This document shows, piece after piece, positions 8,994 to 17,517 of a DNA stretch of 64,000 nucleotides (the stretch's first letter is position 1; each line of letters opens with the position of its first letter). Below the pieces are notes generated by a model. It saw nothing but the letters and a program-made list of their open reading frames with translations, had not been told where the DNA came from and did not search any database. The stretch lies in the sequence record NC_061440.1; one strand, 5' to 3'. The position numbers were made by a program, and so were the translations under genes.

Positions 8994-9275
8994 ATGTTCT
9001 TTAACAATCCAGCACCAGGCGTTATCCCTAACTATCCGATTGTGCATTCAATCAATGAGATGCACCGTCGTGTAGCTGAACTCAATGGCGAACTGATCGC
9101 TGCTGGCTGCACTGTCGTAGAGTCGTGCGGCGAGATGCTGATCGAGGTCCCTAAGGGCGCATCTGCGAAAGTTGACGATATCATCCAACGTCATCAGGAT
9201 ATGTTCAAAGGTCCTGTCCTCAGCTGCCCTGGTCGCTTGCAGATTGGAGGCGAAGATGCAGAAGCAGAAGTTTAA
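8994..9275 (+). CDS. hypothetical protein (93 aa)
   Basis: In-operon ORF. Confidence 0.6.
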   Translation: MFFNNPAPGVIPNYPIVHSINEMHRRVAELNGELIAAGCTVVESCGEMLIEVPKGASAKVDDIIQRHQDMFKGPVLSCPGRLQIGGEDAEAEV

Positions 9276-9687
9276 CCCAGCGATCAATAGCGTGTCGCTT
9301 CACTACGGACCGCTCATCGTTCACGGCCATGCGCAAGATAGCGCATTGAATAACGTTGTGCACCGCACGTTGCTGAACGAACTCAATCGCACCTGCGAAG
9401 ATATGTTCAACAAGATGGCATGTGTCCCTGCCGCCGCTCCGACTTTTGAGTGTGAAGTCACTGACGGTAACACCATTCTCCAATCGCTCAAACAGTGGCA
9501 GGCAGTCATCGAAGGGCAGGCGCCTGCGAAAGAGTTTGAACCGTGCTCTATTCCAGACTGGATGCGTCCGAGTCTTTTGGCTAAGGGCATGACTGACGCG
9601 GAGATCGATAGCATCCTTATCACTGGCATCGAACCTTCGTGGGATGAAACGCCAGGCGTTGTCTTCCGTACGGTGACCATTCCTTAA
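9256..9687 (+). CDS. hypothetical protein
   Basis: GGAGG RBS before ATG 9256. Confidence 0.65.
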   Translation: MQKQKFNPAINSVSLHYGPLIVHGHAQDSALNNVVHRTLLNELNRTCEDMFNKMACVPAAAPTFECEVTDGNTILQSLKQWQAVIEGQAPAKEFEPCSIPDWMRPSLLAKGMTDAEIDSILITGIEPSWDETPGVVFRTVTIP

Positions 9688-9902
9688 TGGCCTGTTCGGG
9701 TTGTGGCCGTCGTAGCTCTCGCATTAGCTACAACGGCAGTTCTGCTCCTCAGACAGTAATCGAAGAGGACGATACGTTAAGCGCTGCGCGTTTAACACCG
9801 CACGGCTGGGTACGCACATGCGTTAAGTGTGGTGCAGTTTCCGAGCCTTCACCCTTTGCAGAAAACATTGAAAAACCTTGTGACTGCAAAACAGACGAGT
9901 GA
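9687..9902 (+). CDS. small Cys-rich protein (71 aa)
   Basis: MACSGCG, CVKCG and CDC; coupled by start/stop overlaps. Confidence 0.65.
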   Translation: MACSGCGRRSSRISYNGSSAPQTVIEEDDTLSAARLTPHGWVRTCVKCGAVSEPSPFAENIEKPCDCKTDE

Positions 9903-11125
9903 TCAAGATGAGCAATCTCGTTGGTACTGCTGTAGCTTTGGACCATTGTCGCTTCTACGTGGAGAACATGGTCAATATTCAATTCGGTAACGTTCTCGCT
10001 CCTATTCCACCAGAAGCTCCAGACAATAAGCCGATCAATGATCGTGTGCTGCACGGTATGATCAAACATACCGAACTCATGTTCGACAACTTCATTAGTC
10101 GTACTGATCTGCAATTCCCATACGCACCGATTCTGTATCGCTTCCGTTCTATCTACGGTGTGTACGTGGGTCAGTACGTCGATGACGTGCAGCCTGTTCG
10201 CGGCATTCGTCCTGTGCTGAAAGAACACCCGCGTAATCCTGTGCCTGTCAAAGCAAGCGGTGAGCATGATAAAGAGTTCGCCTCGCGCTTCCTCAAGCAT
10301 ACATCTGACCAGGTGCGTTCGTTCTTGTACATGGTGTGTCTTGATCAGTATGCGCGTGAGCAAACAGACCTCTGGTTGCCTGCGCCTCCGTTCGATTTCG
10401 ATCAACCGACGAACATTCATAACGAAAGTCCGATCGCCTTTACTACCACACATGACGTTTTAATCAATCACTTGATGGAAGCGATGTTGCAGACGTATAG
10501 CGATACGCTGGACATTCATGTGTCGCTGCGTGACTACGGACTGACTGTGTTGTTCCCGCTGGTGGCTGAATGCCGCAACGTGATTTATGCCGCTTGGCCG
10601 ATTACGCGCGAATCGTTCCGTCAGCCAAAGTTCCTGGACAAAGGCGAGCACGTATCGTTTGAAGATCTGCCTGTCGATGACGACAAAGAAGTGTGGGAAC
10701 CAATCCCGCCAATGGGTCCTACATTCGAAAATCAGGCAGAGTGGGAAAAGGCTGTGACTGAAATTGCAGAGTCGTTCAAGCTGCAAGCATTCACTGATGA
10801 CGGTGATTCATCGTTTATCCTCGAGCCTGCTCTGTATGCTAGTGGTGATGACTTCCTGTTCTGGAACGAAGGTCCATTGACTGACAAGTCCATTTTCGAT
10901 ATCGCGGTCGTTCCTGTTATCGGTCAGGCGTACACTGATCTCGAAGTGCTGCTGCGTAGCGTCGGCAAAACCATTCGTGAATACGCAGTAGCTCGTGATT
11001 GCCACATCGTTGCGCGTTACATCGAGCAGGAAGATCAAATCATCGGTGCGTTGTTCCGCGTTCGCCGCAACATCGACTTCCCTAATTCGCCTCAAGAAGT
11101 AATGACTCACGTGGGGTTAGCATGA
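9899..11125 (+). CDS. hypothetical protein (408 aa), C-terminal domain paralogous to next gene
   Basis: DCHI...IGAL.RV.RN.DFP shared with 11122..11655. Confidence 0.75.
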   Translation: MIKMSNLVGTAVALDHCRFYVENMVNIQFGNVLAPIPPEAPDNKPINDRVLHGMIKHTELMFDNFISRTDLQFPYAPILYRFRSIYGVYVGQYVDDVQPVRGIRPVLKEHPRNPVPVKASGEHDKEFASRFLKHTSDQVRSFLYMVCLDQYAREQTDLWLPAPPFDFDQPTNIHNESPIAFTTTHDVLINHLMEAMLQTYSDTLDIHVSLRDYGLTVLFPLVAECRNVIYAAWPITRESFRQPKFLDKGEHVSFEDLPVDDDKEVWEPIPPMGPTFENQAEWEKAVTEIAESFKLQAFTDDGDSSFILEPALYASGDDFLFWNEGPLTDKSIFDIAVVPVIGQAYTDLEVLLRSVGKTIREYAVARDCHIVARYIEQEDQIIGALFRVRRNIDFPNSPQEVMTHVGLA

Positions 11126-11655
11126 CAGATCAAGTAATCACATTCGAAGACCAGCAAAGCTGGGAAGACTTCGGCGAAGCTGTTCACAATGAGTTTTTGC
11201 TGAACACGATGACAGGTAGCAGTAGCGCCAGTCAGATTCCTAGCGTCGGTCCTAACGAAGGCGTGAAACATGCGCTGACCTATGCCAACATTCTTCGTGG
11301 CGAGCAGTCGCCTATCGTTGTGCTCGATCTGCTGATCGAAGAAGTTGCTTTGGCTGAGGGCGAGACTAGTCCTTTCGATGCGGATGGTCTTGAGCAGGCC
11401 GTGCGTAAAGTAGTGGCGTTGTATCAAGCGCGAGCGCGTGACCTCGACTGTCATATCACTGGTCAGTACCTGACAGATGATAACAAGGTCATCGGCGCAT
11501 TGCTGCGTGTGTATCGCAATCAGGACTTCCCTTGTACTGGGCATCCTGAAATGCTGCATGGTAAACCAATCGGTATGTTCCACTGCGATAAGTGTCATGA
11601 GATGCAAGTCGCTGGTACGTTCCATCTTCCCAAAGAGGAAACTCAAAATGGTTAA
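11122..11655 (+). CDS. hypothetical protein (177 aa) with C-terminal CxxC
   Basis: Paralog of upstream C-terminal domain; MFHCDKCHE. Confidence 0.75.
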   Translation: MTDQVITFEDQQSWEDFGEAVHNEFLLNTMTGSSSASQIPSVGPNEGVKHALTYANILRGEQSPIVVLDLLIEEVALAEGETSPFDADGLEQAVRKVVALYQARARDLDCHITGQYLTDDNKVIGALLRVYRNQDFPCTGHPEMLHGKPIGMFHCDKCHEMQVAGTFHLPKEETQNG

Positions 11656-12115
11656 AGGTGGGTTGTGGCGTGTCTTCCCTGATTATGACTCGGAAGCATT
11701 GCTGATGAAGCTCGGCGCCGCTATCGGTATTGAGCACGACGAAGACGATGTGCCTGGCGAATTGCACGTTACTCTGGCTTACGACGAATCGAACCCTGAC
11801 GTCAAAGCCGAGCAGAACGATGCGGGCGAGTTCTTCGCTACCGTCAAATGTGCTGAGTTGTTTGGCGAAGGTCAAGATAAGATTCTGGTACTCGTACTTG
11901 AATCACCTGACCTGTGTGCAGAACATGATCGCATCCACGCATGTGGTGCAGCCCAGTTCGCATTCAAGCCATACCGCCCTCACGTCACGCTGTTGAAGTC
12001 TGCCAAAGACAGCCAAGCTGAACATCTCAATCAGATCATTCAGCACCCAGGCCGTCCTCCAATCACTCTGCGTTTCATTGAAGAAGATCGCAAGGTGCTG
12101 GAGAAGCGTAACTAA
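11648..12115 (+). CDS. acb1: 2H phosphodiesterase, Acb1/T4 gp57B-like anti-CBASS nuclease
   Basis: Two HxT motifs (LHVTLAY, PHVTLL); LVLVLESPDL...H...GA.F.F..Y.PHVTL matches the T4 Acb1 pattern as recalled. Confidence 0.8.
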   Translation: MVKGGLWRVFPDYDSEALLMKLGAAIGIEHDEDDVPGELHVTLAYDESNPDVKAEQNDAGEFFATVKCAELFGEGQDKILVLVLESPDLCAEHDRIHACGAAQFAFKPYRPHVTLLKSAKDSQAEHLNQIIQHPGRPPITLRFIEEDRKVLEKRN

Positions 12116-12166
12116 ATCCTAGCGGTGGCCATGTGCTGCCGCTTTTGTCGTTCTGGAGATATTTCT

Positions 12167-12496
12167 ATGGAAATGATGGTAAGTCTTAGCCACGAAATTC
12201 GCGTGGAGAAACAGGACAACACTGCAAATGAAGCGCAGACTCAAGGTCCTACTGACGCGCAGCAACGCGCTCTTGATCTTGAAGACCAGCGCCGCATTGC
12301 GGAAGAATACGGTATCGACGCTACTAAGGAAGAGATTGAAGAAAAGGAGAAGGAGCGCATAGGGCGTGAGAAAGAAAAAGAGGAGGATAATCGAGTTAGA
12401 CCTCCAGCAGACCTTGGGAAGCGCAAGCCTATCGAAGATAAAGACGTTACCGCTACAGATATCCAAAATGAGCACGATAACCTGACGAAGATCTAG
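12167..12496 (+). CDS. hypothetical charged protein
   Basis: GGAG RBS before ATG 12167; E/K-rich. Confidence 0.65.
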   Translation: MEMMVSLSHEIRVEKQDNTANEAQTQGPTDAQQRALDLEDQRRIAEEYGIDATKEEIEEKEKERIGREKEKEEDNRVRPPADLGKRKPIEDKDVTATDIQNEHDNLTKI

Positions 12497-12500
12497 GAAT

Positions 12501-12509
12501 CTGTAAATA
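12501..12509 (+). promoter_or_regulatory. CTGTAAATA candidate promoter
   Basis: Intergenic, 41 nt before the sigma-like gene ATG. Confidence 0.55.
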
Positions 12510-12541
12510 AGAGTCAAAGCAACTAACAGGTGTATTTGACC

Positions 12542-13579
12542 ATGAACAATAAGTCGAATCTCACGGGCGGTCAGATAGAAAGCGTCATGGACACCATGTT
12601 GCATGACTGCCTCCGTGAGATTGTTGAGAACACGGATATCTTCGATGTCCAATTGACCTACTTGTTGGGTCTGGTTACGTCAAATAAAAAGCGAAAGCCA
12701 TACAACGCAGAAACGCGTGAACGTGCTATCAGCCTTCTGATTAAAGCGCTCTCTGTACCGCGTGACCAGAAGATGGTTTTCATTCAGGAACTTAAAATGG
12801 AGCGTAACTTCATTTATGTCTTCCTGGAAAATGTAATTAAGCGGTACTACTCGGTGTATGTCGATTTGTACCGTGCATTCATCACGACGCAAGATCCAAT
12901 CAAGCGTGTGGCATATTCAAAACGACTGGACGTGTATGTGAAGATGTTTGGTGCTGAGTCTCGCTCCAAGCTGTTTGTGGCGTTGTGTCGTTTGAATGAC
13001 CTACTGCCGCAGTTCATGGAATACTTCCACTCGGTAGTTGCTGATTTTTATCGTCTGTGCAGCAAGCAGACCAAATTCTACGTTGATACCAATCGTGGTA
13101 AACTCTACGATAGCAAAGACGTGCGCCAGAACTTCCTGCGTAACGTTATCATTGCAATCAACAAGTATGACTCGTCGCGTGGTGCGATAGTCAGTTATAC
13201 GAAGTGGTGGATTCTGAACGCTCAAACCTGTAGTAGCAGCGAGCATGAATACGGCATCGCCTACACTATTCCCCAGACTCAACGTAAGAAACTGGCGACA
13301 GGTGAAGACACTACTTCTCTGAATTTCTCGGTAAGTCTCGATACTCCAGCCAATGAATCTGATGAAGGTGCGGACGCGTCCCTGCATCAAAAGGTGAGTG
13401 ACCATCATCACCTGGAAGATCACGTTGATAGTGAAAGACGTACCGAAAAACTGAGACTGCTTATTAAGCGCGTTGACCCTCTCGGGGTTGCTCGACTAAC
13501 GATGGACGTTGGCGAGGAGTTCGATAAGTTTGAACTCGAACTCATGCGTAAACATATGCAAGCTCAAGGGCTAGCCTAA
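12542..13579 (+). CDS. sigma70-family RNA polymerase sigma factor-like protein
   Basis: DVRQNFLRNVIIAINKYDSSRGAIVSYTKWWILNA aligns to sigma70 region 2 (DLIQEGNIGL..AV.KFD..RG..FSTYA.WWIRQA). Confidence 0.75.
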   Translation: MNNKSNLTGGQIESVMDTMLHDCLREIVENTDIFDVQLTYLLGLVTSNKKRKPYNAETRERAISLLIKALSVPRDQKMVFIQELKMERNFIYVFLENVIKRYYSVYVDLYRAFITTQDPIKRVAYSKRLDVYVKMFGAESRSKLFVALCRLNDLLPQFMEYFHSVVADFYRLCSKQTKFYVDTNRGKLYDSKDVRQNFLRNVIIAINKYDSSRGAIVSYTKWWILNAQTCSSSEHEYGIAYTIPQTQRKKLATGEDTTSLNFSVSLDTPANESDEGADASLHQKVSDHHHLEDHVDSERRTEKLRLLIKRVDPLGVARLTMDVGEEFDKFELELMRKHMQAQGLA

Positions 13580-13581
13580 AA

Positions 13582-13590
13582 CTGTAAACA
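13582..13590 (+). promoter_or_regulatory. CTGTAAACA candidate promoter
   Basis: Intergenic, 47 nt before SSB ATG. Confidence 0.5.
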
Positions 13591-13628
13591 GTGCATATCA
13601 TAGCACAACTCAATATTGAGGAAATATA

Positions 13629-14885
13629 ATGGCACGTGGATTTGGTGACATTCAGGACAACAGCAAACGTGATAGTCTGCGTGAGTCCGAAATCTTTGAA
13701 ATCTTCCCGCTCTCAAAGAAAGCAAACGGCAACTGGGTATCAATCCGCCTGTTAGATCTCGACCTGCTTCCTATCAAGAAGCACTGGATCAAGATCATGG
13801 GCGGCAAAGACAAAGATAAAGAAATCAAAATCCCGCGCATGTGCGTTAACTTCGATCCGGATAATCAGAACAAACCTCTGAACGGTATGAAGTGTCCGTA
13901 CTGCGGTATTGCACACGGCAACGACGAATCTGGTGCCCCAGCGCAGTACGACTACAAGTGGTATGCGCAAGCGATCATTCGTGACGAGCAGGCCGCTGCG
14001 CCGCGTAAAATGCCGAAGCTCTCTAAGAAAGAGCAGAAGACCGGCAAGAAAGAAATGGGCAGCGAAGCATGGACTCCAGTTCAGTGTATTCCGCTGTCTA
14101 ACTCTCTGGCGCAGAAAATCAAAGAGCTGGGCGAGCGTAACATTCATACCGTGAAAGATAAAAAATCCGGTAAGAAGTCCAAGCAAGCGTTCCAGGTCAA
14201 CCATCCGAAGTATGGCTGCGATATTGAAATCAAATACAACGCCAAGAAATCTCCGGCCGAGCGTTACACAATCGAACGCGGTGATCATACACCACTGACC
14301 AGCGATGAAAAAGAATATCTGACCTGGGACTTCGACAACTGGCCAGAAATCTACGACATGCTCGGCCGTCTGAACGAAGAAGCCGCTATGGCAGACTTCA
14401 AGAAGATGGACGTTATCGGCGTTAACACCAACGATTCTGACGATGGTGACGACGATGAAGATGACGACGACATGGCGCTGGGCCGCAAGAAGAAAGGCGG
14501 CAAGGCAGACAAGAAAAAACGTCGCAGCGATGATGACGATGACGACGATGAGGACGAAGACGATGAAGATGATCGTCCGTCGAAGTCGAAAAAGTCTAAG
14601 CCGACCAAGTCTCGCAAAATGCTGGACGACGATGAAGATGACGACGACGAAGACGATGAAGATGATCGTCCGTCGAAGTCGAAGAAGTCTAAGGACAAAA
14701 AGTCCAAGTCTTCTAAAAAGTCCAAGCGTTCCAGCGACGATGACGACGACGAAGACGACAAGCCTGCGAAGAAGAAAAAGAAATCTTCTGACGAGGTGAA
14801 ATCATCCGATAAGAAGAAAAAGAAAAAGTCTTCTGATGACGATGACGACGACGCGCCGAAGAAGAAAAAGAAAAAGAAAAAGTAA
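13629..14885 (+). CDS. single-stranded DNA-binding protein (gp32-like) with very long D/K block tail
   Basis: VSIRLL..P.KKHW, RMC...CPYCG, GCDIEIKY...YTI...TPL pattern; directly upstream of recA. Confidence 0.7.
   Translation: MARGFGDIQDNSKRDSLRESEIFEIFPLSKKANGNWVSIRLLDLDLLPIKKHWIKIMGGKDKDKEIKIPRMCVNFDPDNQNKPLNGMKCPYCGIAHGNDESGAPAQYDYKWYAQAIIRDEQAAAPRKMPKLSKKEQKTGKKEMGSEAWTPVQCIPLSNSLAQKIKELGERNIHTVKDKKSGKKSKQAFQVNHPKYGCDIEIKYNAKKSPAERYTIERGDHTPLTSDEKEYLTWDFDNWPEIYDMLGRLNEEAAMADFKKMDVIGVNTNDSDDGDDDEDDDDMALGRKKKGGKADKKKRRSDDDDDDDEDEDDEDDRPSKSKKSKPTKSRKMLDDDEDDDDEDDEDDRPSKSKKSKDKKSKSSKKSKRSSDDDDDEDDKPAKKKKKSSDEVKSSDKKKKKKSSDDDDDDAPKKKKKKKK
14553..14683 (+). repeat. 38-bp perfect direct repeat inside the SSB tail
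   Basis: GACGAAGACGATGAAGATGATCGTCCGTCGAAGTCGAA at 14553-14590 and 14646-14683. Confidence 0.9.
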
Positions 14886-14895
14886 TTCGCAACAC

Positions 14896-14922
14896 GGGGT
14901 AGCTTAGGCTGCCCCTTCTTTT
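14896..14922 (+). terminator. intrinsic terminator
   Basis: GGGGTAGC-TTAG-GCTGCCCC then TTCTTTT. Confidence 0.7.
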
Positions 14923-14943
14923 CTCAATCTGGACTATCCCACA

Positions 14944-17475
14944 ATGGCGAAAACGAACAACAAGGCTGAGAAGAAGGCCGAGAAGAAAGCTAAAGTCAAA
15001 GCTCTTAAAAGCGGAGAAAAGGCAGTAGCTTCTGATGATATCGGCGGCGTTGAAATTCAAGGCTTCGACCTCGCAAGTTTGATGGACGATGTGCTTGACG
15101 GCATCGAAAAGAAAACGAAAGTAAGTTCGCAGGATGCAGCACGACACGCACCGCGTATCTCAACAGGCTGTCTGGCGCTTGACATGTATTTGTCTGGCGG
15201 TATCGTACCTGGTGGCTGGTACACATTCAGCGGCGGTGAGCAGTCATGTAAGTCAACAATGACCATGAGCATTATGGCGAGCCTGATTCGTCTGAAATAC
15301 TCTGGCATTAGCGTGGTGTTCGACTACGAAGGTTCAACCGATGCCGAGTACGTTGCTGGTCAGTTGAAAACGTTCGGCGTTAAGGTCGACCCGAAAACTA
15401 TCTTCGGTGTGCGTGACGATAAAGACGGTAGCTGGATCGTTAAGCCCAAGATCCGTTACTACGCACCAGACAACGGTGAGCGCTTCTTCGATTATATGTC
15501 GATGCTGCGTCGTCGTCTGCCTGACAAAATCGTTGAGAAAGACGGCACCGCGTATTACATCTTTGAGAACAACAAAGAGAACGCGAAGAAGCTGGCAGGC
15601 AAGTACGATAAGAAATGGTTCAGCCGTAACAACCAGTTCAAAGTACCTGCGCCAGACGGTCACATGCAGGCGATGGTTATCGTTGACTCCTATCCTGCGA
15701 TGATGCCAGATCAGGTCGATGACGATGACGGCTCGAAAGCAATGGCGCTGCAAGCGCGTATGTTCTCTGACGGCATCAAACGTTTCCGTGGCGGTATGCG
15801 TCGTAAGATGATGACTATCGTTGGCGTTAACCAGTTGCGTCAGAAGCCCGCAGTAATGTTCGGCAGCCCTGAGTATGAGCCTGGTGGTGATGCGTTGAAG
15901 TTCTATTGCTTCGACCGTGACACTCTGATTCGTACTGACCACGGCGTGTTGACTGCACCGCAGATCAAAGCGCTGATGGACGAAGGCAAAGAAGTTGCCG
16001 TTGAGTCGTTCGATGGTTATCAGAAAATCAATGGTGCGTGGCAGGTTGAAGACGCTCCGTTCCCGTTCGAACTGAATGCTGGTGGTCATGTGTATGTCGG
16101 CTCGGCCGAACATCGCCAGTTCACGTTCATGCACGATCTGACTGCCGAAGGTACTCCAGTTCTGCGTCCTGAATGGAACACGCTGAATCAACTGGCTCAG
16201 TACCCAGAGCAGAAAGGTCAGTACGCTGGTCTGCGTGTACCACCAGTTAAGGAACTGAAAGAGAATGTTCCTGACGCCTTCGATGAAGCCTCACAACTGG
16301 TAAGCAATCTGCTTGGAAACTGTGACCCTGTTAGCAAGCAACTGCCTCTGGTGACTCATGGTGATACCACCTACGCCGCAAACTGTCTGTTCATCGACAC
16401 TGTGGGCGAAGACACCGACACTGGTTCGTTCTCGTTCTGGGTAGAGAAGTTACTGGCCATCGGCGTATTTGCTTACGCTGACGAAAGCGGTATCTGGATT
16501 CCAGGTCTGAACAAACACGAACTGGAAGCGGCTGTAGCGCAGGACGAACTCGGTGCGTTTGCTGGTATCAGTTTTGAAGCGACCTGTCGTCAACGTCAGA
16601 CTCAAATGCTGACCGTGATTGTTGATCACTTCCCAGAGCTGGTGCGTTACGTTCTGGACTATCAGTTGCAGACAGGTGAAGATAAAATCTATCTGGCTCC
16701 TGAGCAGGACTTCGCACAGGCGCTTGACCTGATTCTGCACAAAGAGATCGCTGACTACGATGACATGTACGACCTGCTGATGTTCCAGCTGGCGTATGTC
16801 GATGACTGGTACAACTTCGACTCTGCAATTCTGCCTGTGCCGTTTACGCTTCGTGCGCTCAACGAACAGCGTGAGTTCTGGGACGTGAACGTTGAAGAAA
16901 CGTCGGTAGTAATCACCAACGGCTTCGTCAGTCACAACAGCGACGTGCGTGTGCGTCTGGCTTCTCGTGCGGTACCAGAAGGCTGGCCGAAACTGAAAGA
17001 TGCTCCTGGCATCGTCGGTGAGAAGTCGGTAACAGTTGAAGGCGGTACTGACCGCTATCGCTTCATCGCTGCTAAGACCATTAAGAACAAGATGGGCGGC
17101 ATCCCTAACCAGCAGACGTGGTTACGTTTGTGGGAAGCTGACGGTAACGGTGAAGCTCGCGGCTTCGACCCAGTGTTCGATACGTGGCACTACCTGAAAA
17201 CTCTGGGTCTGGTCAACGGTAGCCGTAAGTCTTTCAAGCTGAAAGCGCCGTGCCCGCTCGCATCTGATGTTAAGATGGATTGGGATGACTTCCGTACACT
17301 CATCAACGGCAGCAAAGAGCAAGTTGTTGGCGTGTGTAAGAAACTGAAAGTCAAACCTGCTGGCCTGCGTCTGTGGTGCTTCAAGTTCGTTCAGTCCACT
17401 AAGGGCAACGAAATGTTGAAGAACGCAATCAGTAAGTCTGCCAAGAAGTCTGATGACGACGACGGCGACGAGTAA
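14944..17475 (+). CDS. recA: RecA/UvsX-like recombinase precursor containing an intein (spliced product about 499 aa)
   Basis: RISTGCLALD, Walker A-like GGEQSCKST, VIVDS, ALQARMFS, VNQLRQK..VMFGSPEYEPGGDALKFY|SDVRVRL, KTIKNK. Confidence 0.95.
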   Translation: MAKTNNKAEKKAEKKAKVKALKSGEKAVASDDIGGVEIQGFDLASLMDDVLDGIEKKTKVSSQDAARHAPRISTGCLALDMYLSGGIVPGGWYTFSGGEQSCKSTMTMSIMASLIRLKYSGISVVFDYEGSTDAEYVAGQLKTFGVKVDPKTIFGVRDDKDGSWIVKPKIRYYAPDNGERFFDYMSMLRRRLPDKIVEKDGTAYYIFENNKENAKKLAGKYDKKWFSRNNQFKVPAPDGHMQAMVIVDSYPAMMPDQVDDDDGSKAMALQARMFSDGIKRFRGGMRRKMMTIVGVNQLRQKPAVMFGSPEYEPGGDALKFYCFDRDTLIRTDHGVLTAPQIKALMDEGKEVAVESFDGYQKINGAWQVEDAPFPFELNAGGHVYVGSAEHRQFTFMHDLTAEGTPVLRPEWNTLNQLAQYPEQKGQYAGLRVPPVKELKENVPDAFDEASQLVSNLLGNCDPVSKQLPLVTHGDTTYAANCLFIDTVGEDTDTGSFSFWVEKLLAIGVFAYADESGIWIPGLNKHELEAAVAQDELGAFAGISFEATCRQRQTQMLTVIVDHFPELVRYVLDYQLQTGEDKIYLAPEQDFAQALDLILHKEIADYDDMYDLLMFQLAYVDDWYNFDSAILPVPFTLRALNEQREFWDVNVEETSVVITNGFVSHNSDVRVRLASRAVPEGWPKLKDAPGIVGEKSVTVEGGTDRYRFIAAKTIKNKMGGIPNQQTWLRLWEADGNGEARGFDPVFDTWHYLKTLGLVNGSRKSFKLKAPCPLASDVKMDWDDFRTLINGSKEQVVGVCKKLKVKPAGLRLWCFKFVQSTKGNEMLKNAISKSAKKSDDDDGDE
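15907..16938 (+). mobile_element. intein (344 aa) with degenerate homing-endonuclease region
   Basis: Starts CFDRDTLI after KFY; block B GSAEHRQF; block F/G FWDVNVEETSVVITNGFVSHN; +1 residue Ser; removal restores GGDALKFYSDVR. Confidence 0.95.
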
Positions 17476-17481
17476 TAAATA

Positions 17482-17503
17482 GGCGGGCTTCGGCTCGCCC
17501 TTT
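17482..17503 (+). terminator. intrinsic terminator
   Basis: GGCGGGC-TTCG-GCTCGCC-CTTT. Confidence 0.7.
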
Positions 17504-17517
17504 CTCTGGAGAAAGAA

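Noticed and set aside
11648-12115. LigT/ThpR 2'-5' RNA ligase as partner of KptA
   Set aside because: Length and the LVLVL.S..L...H...GA...F..Y.PH.TL pattern fit the Acb1/gp57B clade better, although only an assay can exclude RNA-end processing
15907-16938. Active LAGLIDADG homing endonuclease in the intein
   Set aside because: No intact LAGLIDADG blocks with catalytic acidic residues are visible, and the region is acidic rather than basic
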